DNA of 64,000 nucleotides from Octopus sinensis (taxonomy: Eukaryota): NCBI RefSeq assembly GCF_006345805.1, contig NC_043016.1, positions 744,001 through 808,000 on the forward strand. The letters are read 5' to 3'. Below, piece by piece: positions 1 to 11,896 of the stretch. Position 1 is the first letter of the stretch; each line of letters begins with the position of its first letter. Below the pieces are notes generated by a model, which had not been told where the DNA came from, made no database searches, and saw only the letters and a list, made by a program, of their open reading frames with translations. The translations under genes and the position numbers were made by a program.

Positions 1-106
1 CCATTACATCTATTCTGTGTGGTCTGAGGTCGTTGAGGAAACTAGCTTGCTTCCACATCGAGCTCAGGCTACGCTCATTCAGGCAACCTATACTGAATGC
101 AGCCAT
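1..106 (-). pseudogene. LINE ORF2 N-terminus (APE endonuclease), truncated by the window edge
   Basis: ATG at 106-104, then an open frame to base 1 with an IGCLN motif (cf. IxxLNVRGL of APE domains). Confidence 0.8.
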
Positions 107-149
107 ACCAAAAACGGTAAAGAAGGAAAATTGGGCTTACCTGCCCTTT

Positions 150-1501
150 TCATCTGTTGAGGGGAGTTGATCTCAGTACCACTGGAATCTGTTTCACCGC
201 CCCCTTCCTCTCTGCTAGGCTTGGCTCACCCGGCGGGTTAAATATTGAGGGCGGTGGCGCTTTCAGTTCTACAATGTCTCTAGACTGCCTTGTTTTTACT
301 TCTGTACATAGTTTATACGGAATTTTCCCGACCGTGTTAGGGTTTTTCTTGTTGTCGTTGTAGATTTTTGATTGTAGGTGGGTCCTATCACCCCTTCCAA
401 ATACACCACCATTACTGTTTCTAATTTGTCCTCTTCCTCCAGCTTTTACATTTTGTATTTCTTTTTTATCCCCTTTTTACTGTTTCTTTGTTTTTCTTAC
501 TTTATATCTATAGTGACTTTTTTTTCCGTTTTTTTTGCTTGCTTTATTTTCGGAGTCACCTTTTGTGACTTGGTTGGCGACCCCGTCTATATTTTCGTTC
601 CTTAACGAGACACTGTCTGAATATCCATGATTTCTTCAGACGGTGTGTCTATGGTGTTTGCTGGCACTTTTTTTCTTTTTCTTCCGCCTCTTTCGACTTT
701 TTCTTATTGGCAGTCGTCCTCTTGGAAATGGCCTCCTTGGCCGGGGGCGCCGCTTCTTTTGTTCCATCTTTAGGGTTCTTTCCCACCTCGGTCTCTTCCT
801 GGGGAAGCGAGCACTTGGACCTCAGATGTCCCTTCTTTCTGCACTTGAAGCACCCTCAACATTTACTGATAGAGACTGTCTCCTCCCCAATGTGGATTTT
901 TTCGGGGAGGTTTTCGAGGTCACTGGAAGTGGCCTGTGCCAGTATTTCCAAAGTCTGCCCCTTCCAGTTCTGTGGGGCATCTCTGGAAATCTAGATAAAA
1001 TTTATCTTTTCTTTTCTTTGAAATAACAACATGGCCACAATCCATACGACCTCTACTTCTGGTGGTACATTCTTAATACTGATCCGGGACGTTCTGTATC
1101 CCAGATACAATAGCAGAAGCGCTCTTCGTTCATTTTGCAAGGTTCGGGTCGAGTACTCACGAGCCTTCTCTGCTAACTCGAACCTTGCTTCTACTGTTGC
1201 GTGCTTGGTGCCACGGGTTAGATATTTGATTTGTTCTATTACTGGTCCGGGGCATTTTTCAATAGTACTTTCTTCGAAGTGCTCCAACTCTTTATTAATT
1301 AAATCGTAAGTTTTATAGATTATTGTCCTTTTTCTTGTTTATAATTCCGATTGGGGGAGCAATTTTGCTTTCCTCGTCTTCTTCGGTTATCATTTCGAAG
1401 AATGACTGAATCTCTGCTTTTTCCAGTGATATTATTTCATGTTGTCCTCCCACAACGGAGGCAATTTTTTTTTTACATGTAGTTTCTTCTACCGAAGACA
1501 T
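150..1501 (-). pseudogene. Decayed LINE ORF1 with CX2CX4HX4C zinc knuckle
   Basis: Track ORFs 1313-1501 and 991-1287 continue through in-frame stops to CFKCRKKGHLRSKC at 852-811, then a Lys/Glu-rich tail. Confidence 0.8.
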
Positions 1502-1693
1502 TTTTTCAAAACAAATGTTTCACCACAGGAGCAAAAAGTTCCAACACAGAAGCAAAAAATACACACAGTTAAAAAAATCCTTCCTCCTTAGGGGAAGATA
1601 ACAATTCAACAGTGTTTTTTTCCCCCAGAAGGTAACCTTACGGGAGATCAACAACAGAGAAATCAACAAAGCCTGCGAGCAGGTAATAAAATT

Positions 1694-1857
1694 CTTTTGT
1701 ACTCTAGGAACAAAGCACGAAATTTTGGGGGAGGGGATCAGTCGATTAGATCATCTCCAGTACGAAACTGATACTTAATTTATCGACCCCGAAAGGATGA
1801 AAGGCAATGCTAAGCATTTCGTCCGGCGTGCTAACGATTCGGCCAGCTCACCGCCTT
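1694..1857 (-). mobile_element. tRNA-derived SINE family A (core GCCTTTCATCCTTTCGGGGTCGATAAA, Meta/MESC-like), internally deleted
   Basis: Matches other family A copies in the window. 17-bp TSD gagcaggta(at/gc)aaaatt at 1677-1693 and 1858-1874. The family name is from memory. Confidence 0.8.
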
Positions 1858-2162
1858 GAGCAGGTAGCAAAATTAAAAATACCTTACGGTCGAACGGTGT
1901 AGCTTAAAAATTCACATACCGAAGACGGAGATGATTGTAACAACGGCGAACAAATGATCAATGTTAATTTATTGATGCATTTGGGCGAGTCTATGTCTGT
2001 ATTATGAGACAATTGCAAAAGAATTTTCAAAACAATTCAAAACTCTGCAAAAGTCCGATGCAAATTCTTCATGGTTCAAAACGTTGCTCACATTTTAATC
2101 AACCGTATATATACCCAGTATGGTCACATCCTTAGGGCTGAAACGTATAAAAGAATAGAATA

Positions 2163-2455
2163 TCGGTTCTTTTTTTCGAACCGCTATATTACATGAACGT
2201 AAACAAACCAACAGTTGAGTTGCAAATCGGCATGAGGGGAGAGTAATCAATGAAATACACTCATGTATGTATATGCACACACGTGCACGCGCACGCAGAC
2301 ACAATGACACACATGCACACACACACATACATAGATATGTATAGAGATAGATGAATAGGTACATTGTGAAATAGATAGAAATATGCATATATATAAATAC
2401 AATACAATATAATATATATATATATACATACACACACATACATTCACATACACAA

Positions 2456-2488
<33 letters not shown>

Positions 2489-2674
2489 CCTATTCATGTA
2501 TCTTTATACATACATATGTATGTGGGTGCATGTATGTCATTGTGTATGCGTGCGCATGCGTGCATATATACATGAGTGTGTTTCATTAATTACGCTCCCC
2601 CTCATGCCGATTTGCAACTCAACTGTTGGTTTGTATACGTTCATATAATATAGCGGTTCGAAAAAAAGCACCGA
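2163..2674. repeat. Foldback: ~190-bp inverted arms around a (TA)n/(CA)n spacer
   Basis: 2163-2361 is the reverse complement of 2487-2674 with scattered mismatches. Confidence 0.9.
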
Positions 2675-3499
2675 CAAAATAAATACCAGGTTTTAAAGTA
2701 ATAATAAGTACTAGGTTTTATCTGCTCGACAAAATTTTTCATGACGGTACCCTACCTAGTATGGCAGGAGTCCAAGAACCGTAAGATATAAAAGGATAAA
2801 AGGATATTAAGGAAAATATTTAGTGTAGATAGAATAATGCATTCCCTTAATAAAATCAGTGAAGTCAGTTAAAAGCAATGAGAAATGATAGGAATCTCGA
2901 TATTGGCAAAAGATTTATCCAAGCAATTATAACATGACTAAATGTTACCATAATTTTCCTAGATAATATGCTAATGGACTTCTACAATTGATTCTTACAA
3001 TAAATAAAGACGTCGTGCTGCTTAAATATATCAATCAAATACTTAACGATTGATTTCGAAAGCCAAGATGTCAGAAGAGGAAAGAAACAGACACACTCTT
3101 GCTTCTGAAATAATAGGAATAATTAGAAAGACAAACGAAGCTTGGTATATCGAGCAAAAAAAAAAACCAAAAAGAAGAAATAATCATACGCTACAACAAG
3201 AACTGAGGGTAGGAATATGACTAAAAGAAATGGAGAAACGTACCAACATAAATGTCGTATATTAAATGTTAAATATCAACTGCAAGAATTTCTATTCACT
3301 TTTCATTCGGTCACTGTATCCCTCTCTCACGTGCTCTCTCTCTCTCTCTTGTATCTGTCTGTTTCGCTCCCTCGTCTTTCCACCCTGTTTCTCTTTCTCT
3401 ATCCCCCACACACACTCTCTTGCTACTTGCTTTTCTTTAATGATAATTCTAAGAGAAAAAGAGTTACGCATAACAAGAAAAAAATCTTGCTTCATATAA

Positions 3500-5220
3500 T
3501 TGCCACATACCAACAACACTACCATACACAACACCACCGCAATCATACCCGAACCCTACACTAACATACACTACATCAATATAACATACGCCAGACCAAT
3601 ACTACCATACTCCACTTCGAAAGAATAATACACCACTCCAACACTACCATACACCATAAAAGTTCTAGCCTACATCACAAAAATAACATACACCAAACCA
3701 ACACTATTGTACACCACATTAACACTGTTATACACAACAACATTATCATGTACAACCCCAACACTATAGTACACTACACCAACACTACCACACATATCAC
3801 CAACACTACCATTCACGAACCGATAAACTACCATACAACACATCAACATAACATGCGTCATACCAATACAACCATACAGCACACTAACACTACCATACAC
3901 CACAACAAAAATACCACCCGTTCAAGAATTTGGACCTGGAGATCTCCATTTCCAGCGACTTCGAGGGCCGCCTCCCAGTGGTGTCGGGCGTCAACGAAGA
4001 GCCCTCGACTACAACAAAACGACCAAAGTTGTTTTTTTCCCAACGTCTGGGGTCTCCCGCCCCTAAGCCCTAAACCATCACCTAATCACCCTTACCTGTC
4101 TTGTTGCTTAACAACACAAATACCACACGAACACTACCATACACCAAACCAACACTACCATATACCAAACCAACACTAACATACACCACACCAATACTAC
4201 CATACACCACACGAACACTACCATACACCAAACCAACACTACCATATACCAAACCAACACTAACATACACCACACCAACACTACCATACACCACACCAAC
4301 ACTACCATACACCAAACCAACACTACCATATACCAAACCAACACTAACATACACCACACCAACACTAACATACACCACACCAACACTACCATACACCACA
4401 CCAACACTACCATACACCACACCAACACTACCATACACCACACCAACACTACCATACACCACACCAACTCTACCATACACCACACCAACACTACCATACA
4501 CCACACCAACACTACCATACACCACACCAACACTACCATACACCACACCAACACTACCATATACTACACCAACTCTACCATACACCACACCACACTACCA
4601 TACACCACAACATCCATACCATACACCACACCAACACTAACATACACCACACCAACTCTACCATACACCACACAACACTACCATACACCACACCAATACT
4701 ACCATACACCACACCACACTACCATACACCACACCAACACTACCATACACCACACCAACACTACCATATACTACACCAACTCTACCATACACCACACCAA
4801 CACTACCATACACCACAACATCCATACCATACACCACACCAACACTACCATACACCAAACCAACACGACCATACAACATATTAACAAACCCGTATACCAC
4901 ACTAACACTACCATACAGCACATCAACGCTACCATACACCACAACATTCATACCATGCACCAAACCAACAGAGCCATACAACACACCAGCACTACCATAC
5001 ACCACACCAGCACTACCATACACCACACCAACACTACCATACTCCACATCAACACTACCATACACCAAGTCGACCATACATAATACCAACACAGCCATAT
5101 ATCACACTAACACTTCCATGCACCCCACCAGCACTACCATATACCACCAGAATATTACCATACACCACACCATCGCTACTGTCTATATACCGTACCACCT
5201 CAAAACTCCCATACACCACA
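3500..5220. repeat. 21-bp minisatellite (ACTACCATACACCACACCAAC)n
   Basis: Near-homogeneous core at about 4128-4830 with degenerate flanks. It produces the TLPYTTP and VVYGSVG pseudo-ORFs. Confidence 0.95.
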
Positions 5221-5358
5221 ATCATAGATATTGCAATGCGCTATAAATAAAAATGGGTCATTTTATGAACGTTTCAGAAATCGTTATACTCGTCATTTAT
5301 ATATATGTACTAAACATGTTGCAAGAGAAGTGAATAATCGTTGACAGTACATAAAAAA

Positions 5359-5640
5359 GCAAAGTCGACCTCGGTGGAATTTGAACTCAGAACGTAGCGG
5401 CAGACGAAATACCTATTTCTTTACTACCCACAAGGGGCTAAACACAGAGAAGACAAACAAGGACAGACAAACGGATTAAGTTGATTATGTTGACCCCAGT
5501 GCGTAACTGGTACTTATTTAATCGATCCCGATAGGATGAAAGGCAAAGTCGACCTCGGTGGAATTTGAACTCAGAACGTAACGGCAGACGAAATACGGCT
5601 GCGCATTTCGCCCGGCGTGCTAACGTTTCTTGGCCATCTA
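5359..5640 (-). mobile_element. SINE family A, long-tailed variant preceded by a partial copy of the same head
   Basis: 54-bp direct repeat at 5359-5412 and 5543-5596 (period 184). B-box-like GAGTTCAAATTCC on the minus strand. Confidence 0.8.
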
Positions 5641-6092
5641 GTCACTTTTCCTTATTGACATCGATCTCAGGATCATATTATCCACCCCAACGACGGACTA
5701 TGTCTGTAACTGGCGACTCCGACGTTGGGGAGATTTGGTTGCTGTTTCTAACAAGCCAAGCGACCTCATACCGTCTCCCTATCAGTTCATCGGTGGTTTT
5801 ACGCCTGGACTTTCTCAATTGTCGCCTTCCTATGTATGTTTGTGTGCGAGCATTCAACCCCAGATGTCAATTAGACCTGGATAAAACTGAAATGAAAAGA
5901 CCCACAAATAACGAAGATCGTTCAGTTTAAACTTTGCTTATTGTATATATTATCTTCTCCTTATTTCATGTTCCTTTCGCGTTATGATCTTCTGAACAAT
6001 ACGCTATTTCTACAACACTGTCGATGTATTGTATTAGACTGTGAATACCGCAAGACTAAGGACCACATGACAGTTACCCAGCAAAGCCATTC

Positions 6093-6136
<44 letters not shown>

Positions 6137-6329
6137 GTTTTCATACGGCAATTCAGTGTCTTGCCTTTGTAAGTAAGTTCTAATTTATTATCTATGATGT
6201 TGTTGGATTCTTATTTATATTAATAATACTGTCTATTTCTGAATTACTAATGCGTTCAGAAACTATTCTACTTCCGGCCATTTTCAGGTTTTATATACCA
6301 TAACTTCTCCTGAATGTATAAGCGCGGGC

Positions 6330-6780
<451 letters not shown>

Positions 6781-7734
6781 TGATTCTTGTAATATAATAT
6801 AATTTCTTCCCATTACTTAGGCAAGCTTATTAGTTTTCTCTTTTTTTATTTATTATTTTTTATTTAACCACATTAACGGTGAAATTATGATTTATCTTAT
6901 TCAATGGAAGCAACCGAATCTCTTTTCTCTTCGTATTTTAGAGAAATTGAAATGTAGACCAGTTCTTTAAAAGGTTAGAATCATTGATTCGCTTGATATA
7001 AAGTTATAATGTTTCGGTTGAAAGATGTTTTTGTTGTTATGATAAGTATAAAGAGTTCTTTTGTGTGAAATCTCCATTGATTTATTAGTGTGTGACGTAA
7101 TATCTGATATATTATTAATACGACTATTATTATTATTTTTATTTTTTAAATATATTATATAAACTAAGTGAATAGTTATTAAAGTAACTCTTGTATTAGT
7201 ACCTGCTCGATAAATCAAGCTGCAACATGAGTAGCAAAGATGATATTTACTAAATCTCCTTACATAGACGCTAAGGTTTCCCGAATATGGGTCAAACTCG
7301 ACATATAACGAAACTTGCACTCTCTTCTCTAATTCTTGTTATTTCTGATTGCAGTTATTAGTGATGATACGGTTAAGGGTTTTTGTTCGCCAGATCATCC
7401 CTGACTTAGGAGATTAAAGAGAACTTCCATCCATTACCAATCTGATCGTCCTTCTCCTGAATTTTGCTATTTTGAGCAGGTCGAGTGATCATGCAGAGGT
7501 TTCCTCGTGTTTCGTACATTTAATATACATATACATATTGCATGTACAGATACACACACACACACACCACACACACAAACACACACATACACGCACGCAC
7601 ACAAACGTTATCGACCATATATACTTATAACATATAATTTACGTATACCTGGACACAAAGCATATACATAAAGTATGTCTGGTCAATAATGTTTATATCA
7701 CTGGTGATGCTTCTATTTCATATTTGAATATATA

Positions 7735-8060
7735 CATGGTGATTGTCTATTCCTTATGCAGTGTTTGACCACCTCCTGTGCCTACACCTTAACACCATGA
7801 TGGCATCTGATGTGGCTTATTAAATCAGACAATGTTCTGAAAAGACACCCATGTAGATTGCATTTCCTATTTGGACCACCAAGAGCTGCAAATAAGGTCT
7901 GCGCTTTGTCGATCTTAAAATGCCCCTTGAGGCCCCCGTTGGATTTGCAAACCTTCTGGCATACATTGTATTCAAATGTTTGCATTGATATGTAGGTAGA
8001 ATAGTTGGTGGAGGTTCGTTTTCCATGGGTTCGCAAATGAGATTTCAGCCCAGCAAAAGA
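7735..8060 (-). mobile_element. RTE-like LINE 3' end B with C2H2 zinc-finger remnants
   Basis: Translates to SFAGLKSHLRTH, (C)NVCQKVCKSNGGLKGHFKID and CNLHGCLFRTLSDLISHIRCH, followed by a short 3' UTR. Clade inferred from similarity to the fingers of element A. Confidence 0.6.
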
Positions 8061-8142
8061 CATACATGCATACATACATACATGCATATATATATACATA
8101 CTTACATACATACATGCATACCTACCTACATACATACATACA

Positions 8143-8958
8143 TTATGGCTGCCCCCTCGTTACCGAGTATGGCCATTGCACGAAGCTTAACTGTTACTGG
8201 TGCTGTGATCGAATGTGACTTTTTAGCCCAGCTAAAGATTTACAATGTCTTGTACAAAATTGGCAACTAAAACCTTTCCTGGTAATAGCCGGCTGTAGTT
8301 GTAACTGGGCTTCATGTACCTTTGCATGTCGTTTAAGTCCTCCTGCCGAATTACACTCTCTTCCACATGCCCGACAGATATGATTAGTATGGTGTGTTAC
8401 ACCACCACCAGTGGCCAGGTTGTCACTCATCTTTCTCGTTTTATGACAACGAAGATGACTCATGAGTCCAGCTTTACTGAGGCAGGGTCTTGCACAGTCA
8501 TTTCATGTCAGTTTCAAAGGAAGACCTTTTCCTTCTGGAAGTGTAACAGCGATGCCCTTCCTCACATCCCTCCTTACTTTCTCATGTGCAACTCGAGATT
8601 TCTCAAACGTGGCTGTCCCCTCATGTACAATCCTTCTCCACCTGCTACGATCAATTGCTATGCCTTCTTATGTGTCAGGAGAGATGCAAACATCTCTTAA
8701 GGAAGCCTTCAGCAAGTCCTTATACCTCTTTTTTGGTTTATGTGGAGGTCGTTCTCCTTTAGCTAACTCTCCATAAAAGAGTTGTTTTGGCATCCTTGAA
8801 TCCTTCATTCTCACTAGATGACCACTCTATCTGAGCCTTTGCTTTAACACAAGAGCTTCTATACTTTCACATCGAGAGCCTTCGAGTACTTCAAGATCAC
8901 TGATGCGGTCCTTCCACTTAATGCCATAGATCCGTCTGAGGCACATCTGATGGAAACA
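8143..8958 (-). mobile_element. RTE-clade LINE 3' end A with three C-terminal C2H2 fingers and a (TGTA)n tail
   Basis: CLRRIYGIKWKDRISDLEVL...LRxSGHLVRMKDSRMPKQLFYGEL is a typical RTE post-RT region. Three fingers follow. The microsatellite tail is at 8062-8142. Confidence 0.85.
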
Positions 8959-9171
8959 TACATGCATATATACATACATGTCTATATACATACACACAAA
9001 CACACACACACACGTACACACACACACTCACACACACACACTCACACACATATATATAGTAGTAACAGAAAAGAGGAATTTCGATTATCCCCACGTGGTG
9101 AGTTGTAATGTATATAAGAAATTAAAAAAGGAAAATACGCACACTTACATAGTTTTAATATAATTTTTAAT

Positions 9172-9206
9172 ATATCGACCGGTTTCGCTATCGCTATTCA
9201 TGATAT
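9172..9206 (-). ncRNA. Degenerate minimal hammerhead-like motif
   Basis: Minus strand ATATC-ATGA-ATAGCGATAGC-GAAAC-CG-GTC-GATAT: perfect 5-bp stem I and a palindromic stem III, but CTG of the core is missing. Confidence 0.4.
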
Positions 9207-10636
9207 TATGTTTTATTTATTTATTTGAATATATATTTTTTCTTAAGAAATGTTGTCCATGTTGTGTGTGATGAAATTCACGAGTGAATGACTTCACAAG
9301 TAGATAAATAAAGGGAGGTAATTGGTTGTCGCTAGACCCAAAAGGGTCAGTAATACTGAGTAAGTGCTATGAATAGACCATAGTTAAGCTTCAAATTCGG
9401 TAATTATGCGAATAAGGAGTCCGACGTAGGTCATATATCAGCATGTGTATATACAAGAATTGTTTTGTGTATATCCATATATATATACATATACATAACC
9501 ACACACACATGCACTCACACATACAAACATCTATACTTCGGTATCATGTTAGTTGGCAGCTTAAAATCACCCCTTTTTTCCGTCATTCCGTCCAGTTGTC
9601 ATGTCTTCTTTTCTACTACTGACTTTTTAACTTGATAACAACCATATAAAACTCATGGAATCTCTTGGTGATTCCATCTCCTTACTATCTCCTCTACTCT
9701 CAGAAAGGACAAATTCTTTTCACTCTACTATTTACCCTTTACACTGCATGCCTCATGTCTGGTTTTTCACCTATACAGATCGTAGTTATCTCCTCTTATC
9801 TCATTTTTGTGGGTTTCACCAGCCTCTTTTTGATAGAAATCTCCTCTCCTTCGTATTTTTCACCAGTTTTTTTTTACCAACTTCTGAACAGTCTAGTAAA
9901 TGTCCCCGGACCTTTTATTCTCGTCGTGTAAATTTTTTACCAGATTCTTTGAATTCCCAACATTTCACAGACTTGGTACCATTTTCTCCCCACTTTCAAA
10001 TTTTAGTTTAAACCTTTTCATGTTTGGTAAAAAGGAAAACATGGTTTTCACACTCTTATACAATTGCACGCACGTCAATAACACTTTCTACATTGTTCCT
10101 ACCATAACTTTTATTTCATTAAAATGCCTATTCCCTCACACGTACACGCACCACCTTTTATCATTTTCACACCATTCATCTATCGTTTACGCCCATACCC
10201 TCACTAACTAACGCCACGACATTTAGCTTCCACGCTTCTAAATCTCTACACATATACACACGCCACACATTTACATACACTTGTCACGCACTATGCTTTC
10301 TTCCACACAGAGGAACACACTTACACTTGCATCTAACACACTCGCTACTTTTTCCCTTCTTAACTACCGCTACAACATTCCTGTCCGGCTTCTGATCTGC
10401 CTTCCTTTTCCCTCTTTCTTCTCATAAATGAATAGTCTCTTACACACACAAACACACACACACACACACACAAACAAACACACACACTCACACATACACA
10501 TGCATACAAATATCTATATATCTATGTGTGTATATATATATATGTATGTATACATGCATATATATACATACAGACGTACACACATACACATACATACAGA
10601 CAGACAGACGTACACACATACATACATACACACATA

Positions 10637-11174
10637 CGTATCACTCAGGCTTGCGAGGAAGGGATGGCCTCCCTTTGCAAATACTCCAAAAACACTGATA
10701 TTGTGTCTAAAGCCAGCCAGCTAGAGACGAAGATCTCTTGGGGCTATGAAGCTACAGTAACACCCCCTCCCCAATGTGTTTAACCATGATAAGATGGCTT
10801 CTATACTTTACATTATCGAGCGATTACTGTTTCAATCTCATTCTGAGATTTAATTTTCTTACTGTTCGTATTTCGACATCAGTGGCAGACGCCATTAGAA
10901 AAACTTATATGTATTTGCAAAGGAGCCTTCACTTTCATCGCGACCTGGTGGTTACCACCCGTTGACGAGGGACAACAATCCCGAAACTAGTTCGAGCGTA
11001 TCACTCAGGCTTGCGAGGAAGGGATGGCCTCCCTTTGCAAATACTCCAAGGACACTGATATTGTGTCTAAAGCCAGCCAGCTAGAGAAGAAGATCTCTTG
11101 AAGTCATAAAGCTACAGTAACACCCCCTCCCCAATGTGTTTAGCCATGATAAGATGGCTTTTATACTTTAAATT
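10637..11174 (+). mobile_element. Penelope-like terminal repeat in partial tandem (360-bp unit plus 178-bp second copy)
   Basis: 10637-10814 is repeated at 10997-11174. It translates to RRRSLEVIKLQ*HPLPNVFSHD, resembling a GIY-YIG C-terminus. A hammerhead motif sits at the unit junction. Confidence 0.7.
10960..10994 (+). ncRNA. Minimal type I hammerhead motif (C3 to U variant)
   Basis: CG-TTGACGA-GGGA(CAACAA)TCCC-GAAAC-TA-GTT-CG; perfect stem II and palindromic AACTAGTT stem III. Confidence 0.6.
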
Positions 11175-11484
11175 GTATAAAGATCATTTTATTATTTCAT
11201 TTTTTATTAAAAATAAAACGTGAGTTGATCCCTACATATCCTAGGGTTAAATGCTATGAAATATCGAAGATTCTCACGTGGCACACGAGGAAGGCGTAAA
11301 CAAATTCAATGGTGTCTTGACGCTTTATGGGGAAGAAATGTGTCTGGTCGCTTTGGTGTAAAGGTTAGCACGATTGAAGACTGTAGCAGAAGAGTAATTC
11401 AATTCCCGTGGACGGTTTTGCGCATATTTTTCAATTCCTGATTTGTGTTTATAGAATATCTAATTCAATTTAATTTAATGTTTA

Positions 11485-11837
11485 TATATATATATAAGTT
11501 CAGCAAAATTTAGATTCGGATGAATATGGTACTTAAGTTAAAGGCAACAGAATTTTGTATGGTATTATCCATATGAATCAAATGGGGGTGATTATAATCA
11601 AAATAAGCAACAAGGATATCCAAGGTAGTGTAGTACAATCGTTTCATGCAACTTCATTTTATTAAACACTGCAAGTATTACATCAGTTTCAAAATGTCGA
11701 GCAATCTTCAGCCAATCTTTTATATGTGGCTGAAGATTGCTCGACATTTTAAAATAATGTAATACAGTGTTTAATAAAATGAAGTAGCATGAAACAATTG
11801 TACTACACTACCTTGGATATCCCCGTTGCTTATTTTG

Positions 11838-11839
<2 letters not shown>
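11485..11839. mobile_element. Hammerhead-bearing repeat (long stem II family) with a head-to-head inverted copy, flanked by (TA)n
   Basis: 11597-11714 and 11727-11839 are inverted arms. CTGAAGA cores lie at 11711-11705 (-) and 11730-11736 (+), each followed by GAAAC-NATT-GTA. Homologous to 61975-62200. Confidence 0.8.

Positions 11840-11896
<57 letters not shown>

Larger units (their letters stand above)
1..1690 (-). mobile_element. 5' part of an L1/Tx1-like LINE (5'UTR, decayed ORF1, start of ORF2), running off the window start
   Basis: Minus-strand ORF1 remnants with a CCHC knuckle are followed by an ORF2 start MAAFSIGCLNERSLSSMWKQASFLNDLRPHRIDVM, typical of an APE endonuclease N-terminus. 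The 5' boundary is approximate. Confidence 0.85.

Noticed and set aside
136-143. Splice donor CAG|GTAAG between LINE ORF1 and ORF2 (minus strand)
   Set aside because: A single motif with no acceptor visible in the window, so spliced ORF fusion cannot be supported.
4082-5098. VVYGSVG / TLPYTTP repeat proteins
   Set aside because: By-product of the 21-bp minisatellite; open on both strands, with no splice or start context.
3500-5220. CRISPR-like regular repeats
   Set aside because: Units are contiguous with no unique spacers, the context is eukaryotic, and there are no cas genes.
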